DNA of 38,593 nucleotides from Candidatus Woesearchaeota archaeon (GTDB lineage Archaea; Nanobdellota; Nanobdellia; Woesearchaeales; DSVV01): NCBI GenBank assembly GCA_016935125.1, contig JAFGRM010000043.1, positions 1 to 38,593 of the forward strand, read 5' to 3'. Shown piece by piece: positions 35,232 to 38,593 of this stretch (position 1 is its first letter; each line of letters starts with the position of its first letter). The notes under the pieces were generated by a model. It saw only the letters and a program-made list of their open reading frames with translations, ran no database searches and was not told where the DNA came from. The position numbers and the translations under genes were made by a program.

Positions 35232-36188
35232 TCATCTGTTTCCCTGCACTCCTGGCATATATGTACAGTTAAGGTTTTTCAGGCTGTGTTCGTTGTATGG
35301 GAAAAGCAGTATGCATGCCTGCCAGTCAGCAGCCTTTTCGCTTCCTGACAGATAACCTCCAACAGATCCTGTTGTTGCACCTGCAATCGCCTGCCCTATT
35401 ATTATTAATGCTGTTGCCTTTGAAAAGAATGGCTCAGGCATAAGTATTGCAGTGATAACACCAGAGGCAGTCCCTGCAACAGTGCCCCATTTCCCGCCTG
35501 CAAATGATGCCCATACCTTCTGCATATAACCTTTTTTTGTGTAGAGGAACATGATGCCGTAATCCTGGCTCGTATCGATCGCATCCTCTGCAGAGAGCTG
35601 CGGACCTAAAAACAGCTCAGGGGTTGGGTTAAAACACTTAAGGTATTCTGAATATTTCCTGTTATCATCCGGCTTTGGAATCTCATTCTGCTCAAGATAA
35701 CTGTAGAACCCTTCCAGCTTTGGAACACCCTTGAAGCTGATGTGATGAGTTAGTATACAATAGCGCTCCTCGCCTGACTCTCCTGAGAAGAGATTCAGCT
35801 TTCCCTCATGCATCATGTCCCATGAGGTATACATCAGGTTTGCAAGCTCACGCTTGACTGATTCAGGATTGCCGCTAAGCTCCCTGTAGGATACAGGGCA
35901 TGGCACATCTGAGGTCTGCCTGTCGCTTCCTGTATCAAGAAGCGAGCCAGGATTCATAAAGAGCCTGAGAAAAGAGTCATCTCCCTTGACCTTTACTGCA
36001 GAACTGATCCTTATCGCTTCCTTACACATCTTTGCCTGCTTTGTATCATCATGCACCTTCATAAGCTTGTATGAAAATCCCATGATGCTAAGCAGTACTG
36101 CAAGGCCTATTATAAGCGCGATTATGGTCTGGTTTGTCATCGCCCTTTTCTTCTGTAATATCTTCCTATTTATTCCTTTTTTGGACAT
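35232..36188 (-). CDS. Pilin-like protein (KRA|MTNQTIIALIIGL) with Gly-rich hydrophobic hairpin near the C-terminus
   Basis: Class III signal; C..AI, CP, LANLM..WDM..EG..F, C...I.F motifs shared with the neighbouring gene. Confidence 0.8.
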   Translation of the reverse strand: MSKKGINRKILQKKRAMTNQTIIALIIGLAVLLSIMGFSYKLMKVHDDTKQAKMCKEAIRISSAVKVKGDDSFLRLFMNPGSLLDTGSDRQTSDVPCPVSYRELSGNPESVKRELANLMYTSWDMMHEGKLNLFSGESGEERYCILTHHISFKGVPKLEGFYSYLEQNEIPKPDDNRKYSEYLKCFNPTPELFLGPQLSAEDAIDTSQDYGIMFLYTKKGYMQKVWASFAGGKWGTVAGTASGVITAILMPEPFFSKATALIIIGQAIAGATTGSVGGYLSGSEKAADWQACILLFPYNEHSLKNLNCTYMPGVQGNR

Positions 36189-36247
36189 TTTTGGATATTT
36201 TATATACTTTAATTAATCTAATTATATAATCTAATATTAAGCTTGCT

Positions 36248-37099
36248 TTAGTTTACAAGCACTGAGCATACCTCTGGTACGTTTTCAGGCCGCGCAAAAA
36301 AGATGAAATAGGTATCTTCCATGCGCATAAAATTATCATCATTGTTTATTATTGCCTTAAACATATTCCCGAACTGCTCGTTTGCTTTTGAGTATTTCAT
36401 GGCCTTGAAAAACACCACATACTCATCATTGGTCGAAAGCTGAGTGTTATTATCAAACCCATGTATATAGATGCTCTTGTCTGCTGAATAATACAATTGG
36501 GTCAGGGCACCTGCAAACTGTGCTGGATAATCCATAAGCATATACTTTGAATAGTTGACATCATAGCTGTTTTTAGTGTAGTTGTGCGTGTTTAGGTATT
36601 CTAAAAACCCGTCTGAACTGCCCAGATCTATGCCCTTTGCACCTGCATCCACATCAAAAGATATATGGCTGCAGATCAGGCATGTAGCCCTGTTTTTCAT
36701 GAGCACATCCTGATCAAATACATCGACCATCCCTTCACCCATCTTAAACCAGCAGTCAGCCATCTCATTAGCTACAAGCTTGTAGAACTGCTCTGGCTCT
36801 TTTGTTAGCAGGGTATTGAAACTAATGTATGTGTCATAGTTGCCCTTGGCATTCCTGATCTTGGCATCTTTCTCAGTCACCTTGATATTATGTCTTGGAC
36901 AATTAAGCGTCACAATCTTAAGCCCAAACACATCCTTGCTCTGCGCAAGAACAGACAGCCTGCATTGCTCATCAGAAACTGTTTTTTCAAATATCTTAAG
37001 CGCACCTGAAAAAAAGCTAACAAGCACCAACAAGACAATCACTGTCAGGATTACCTTATTCAGCGTGCTTGTTCCTGCCTGACCTCTTTTTGCCCTCAT
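36248..37099 (-). CDS. Pilin-like protein (KRG|QAGTSTLNKVIL)
   Basis: Class III signal; CRLSV, CP, VANEMADCWFKMGEG..F, CLICSHISF; paralog of 35232-36188. Confidence 0.8.
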   Translation of the reverse strand: MRAKRGQAGTSTLNKVILTVIVLLVLVSFFSGALKIFEKTVSDEQCRLSVLAQSKDVFGLKIVTLNCPRHNIKVTEKDAKIRNAKGNYDTYISFNTLLTKEPEQFYKLVANEMADCWFKMGEGMVDVFDQDVLMKNRATCLICSHISFDVDAGAKGIDLGSSDGFLEYLNTHNYTKNSYDVNYSKYMLMDYPAQFAGALTQLYYSADKSIYIHGFDNNTQLSTNDEYVVFFKAMKYSKANEQFGNMFKAIINNDDNFMRMEDTYFIFFARPENVPEVCSVLVN

Positions 37100-37279
37100 T
37101 TACGCACCAAAACCATATACCTAATTTTTGATAATCAAATAATGTCTTCAGCAATCCTTATGCCCTGAGCCATGCTATGCCAACCATGATATCCTAGCAT
37201 CATATCCTAACTGTGTTATTTCATCATCATGCCTTAACTATACCATTCAACCATACCATTCAACAATGTTAGCTCATCA

Positions 37280-37423
37280 TCATATCCTAAGCAGTTTTGT
37301 CATCCCATCAGATACTGTTGCAAAAAAGAATATGCAAAATATGATGATTATCACAATTATTATTATCTGCCTCAATGTCAGGCCTGCTTTCCTTGAGCAT
37401 CTCAACATCCTCATAGATATCAT
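37280..37423 (-). CDS. Mini pilin, up to 47 aa, MISMRMLRCSRKA|GLTLRQIIIIVIIIIFCIFFFATVSDGMTKLLRI (not in ORF track)
   Basis: Translated by hand; class III-like signal; minus-strand TTTAAATA upstream at about 37448-37455. Confidence 0.65.
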   Translation of the reverse strand: MISMRMLRCSRKAGLTLRQIIIIVIIIIFCIFFFATVSDGMTKLLRI

Positions 37424-37546
37424 GCAATAAGACTCTGTTTGTTTCTGTATTTAAAGTTTTAGGTAAGGATCATTAATGGCCAAACATGGATTAGATAAGG
37501 GTCAGATAAGGATTGACTAAAGATTAACTAAGGATTAACTAAAGCT

Positions 37547-37652
37547 CAAGCGACAAGCAGCCAATATGCAGCCAAGGATCAGATAGAAATCAAACAGCAA
37601 GCAGCCAATATGCAGCCAAGGATCAGATAGAAATCAAGCGACAAGCAGCCAA
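37547..37652. repeat. 44-bp tandem repeat, about 2.3 copies, preceded by 11-bp repeats
   Basis: CAAGCAGCCAA recurs at 37554, 37598 and 37642. Confidence 0.85.
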
Positions 37653-37677
37653 AAATCAAACAGGAATCAGGCAATCA

Positions 37678-37956
37678 TCAATCCTTGATACAGCATATTG
37701 TGTCCAGCTTTTCCCCGGTTTTTGGATCAAAGCATGGCCCTATAGGGGTTCCACCCATCTGTATACACTCAGGATTTGATTCCACACAGTCACCGCCTTT
37801 ATCTATACAGTCATTTATCCCCTTATTGAATATGCCCATCCTGCTTGAGAAGATGACTATCAGAACAACAAGAACTATGAGTGCAATGGCTGCAACAACT
37901 ATTGTTGACATCGACAGCCCTTCTGCCTTCCGGGTTTTGTCAAACAATCCTAACAT
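37678..37956 (-). CDS. Small pilin-like protein (RKA|EGLSMSTIVVAAIAL) with six-Cys domain
   Basis: Class III signal; C-x6-C-x6-C-x10-C-x12-CC. Confidence 0.82.
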   Translation of the reverse strand: MLGLFDKTRKAEGLSMSTIVVAAIALIVLVVLIVIFSSRMGIFNKGINDCIDKGGDCVESNPECIQMGGTPIGPCFDPKTGEKLDTICCIKD

Positions 37957-38070
37957 CTTCTTAATACCTTTTTTATCTTATTTTTTTATCTTTTTTATCT
38001 TATAGATCAACAAACATATCAACATATAAAAAATAAAAATATACTAATTCGTAGACCAATACAACAAGTG

Positions 38071-38337
38071 TTATATGTTCAGCTCGACACAACATACCAT
38101 GTATGGATCCTGCTTGTTGTCGCTTCCATAGCATACTGCTGAAGGATGCATAGTGTATCCATCATCGCACACCCTGTCCATGCACACTCCGTTCTGCTTT
38201 GTGCAGTCGTTTGAGCTCTTTGTGAATATGCCCATCCTTGCCATAAATATAACTGAAACAATAACAAGAACAAGAAGTGCGATGGCTGCAACAATAATTA
38301 CGTTAAGTGAAAGGTTCTGCGCTCTTTTTCTAAACAT
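38071..38337 (-). CDS. Small pilin-like protein (KRA|QNLSLNVIIVAAIAL) with six-Cys domain
   Basis: RBS GAGGTGG; class III signal; C-x6-C-x4-C-x11-C-x12-CC. Confidence 0.85.
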   Translation of the reverse strand: MFRKRAQNLSLNVIIVAAIALLVLVIVSVIFMARMGIFTKSSNDCTKQNGVCMDRVCDDGYTMHPSAVCYGSDNKQDPYMVCCVELNI

Positions 38338-38543
38338 TTGACCACCTCATGTGAAGCTTGTTGAAGCTTTTAGATCGTTTGTACAGATCTGTGCATTGAA
38401 CATCTATTGTGCATCATCCACACAATCATACATCATGTATCAATAACACATAGTGTATCAATCATAAAAATTGACACTATTGGCAGTACATCAATCATTG
38501 GTTATCGTATGCTGACTATTACTGAGATTGCTTATATATAAAT

Positions 38544-38593
38544 ATTATGATAATTAGAATAGATATTATGATAATTAGAATAGATATTATGAT
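38544..38593. repeat. 21-bp tandem repeat ATTATGATAATTAGAATAGAT, running off the window end
   Basis: Two full copies and the start of a third. Confidence 0.75.

Noticed and set aside
37547-37652. Possible CRISPR array (also 8157-8242, 19003-19100, 38544-38593)
   Set aside because: Head-to-tail repeats without unique spacers; no cas genes.

Overview
Archaeal chromosomal DNA, most consistent with a DPANN lineage such as Woesearchaeota/Nanoarchaeota. This is inferred from TATA/BRE promoters, intron-containing tRNAs with bulge-helix-bulge junctions, a PGF-pre-PGF protein and many class III signal-peptide proteins. Contents, in order: a giant cell-surface protein; three coiled-coil genes; tRNA-Leu(CAA) with an intron; yggS; a bacterial-type tgt; a radical SAM gene; asnS; Cys-rich surface proteins and lipoproteins; a ChlI/MoxR-like AAA+ and vWA pair; an MFS transporter; tRNA-Trp(CCA) with an intron; two Lrp/AsnC regulators; a nucleoside phosphorylase; a Moco operon (modE-like, moaA, moaC, moaB, moeA, MOSC, short thiI; no moaD/moaE); a voltage-sensor-only membrane protein; a PIG-L deacetylase and GT4 pair; and 10 tandem pilin-like genes, two of them absent from the ORF track. 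The strongest leads are: (1) both tRNA introns share a box C/D-like module whose D+5 position falls on C34 of the host tRNA; (2) several small pilins carry beta-defensin-like six-cysteine domains; (3) the Moco operon may use MOSC plus a THUMP-less ThiI in place of MoaD/MoaE; (4) tandem micro-duplications recur at gene starts and between genes. No CRISPR array, integrase, transposase or reverse transcriptase was seen. All calls come from reading motifs by eye; no searches were run.
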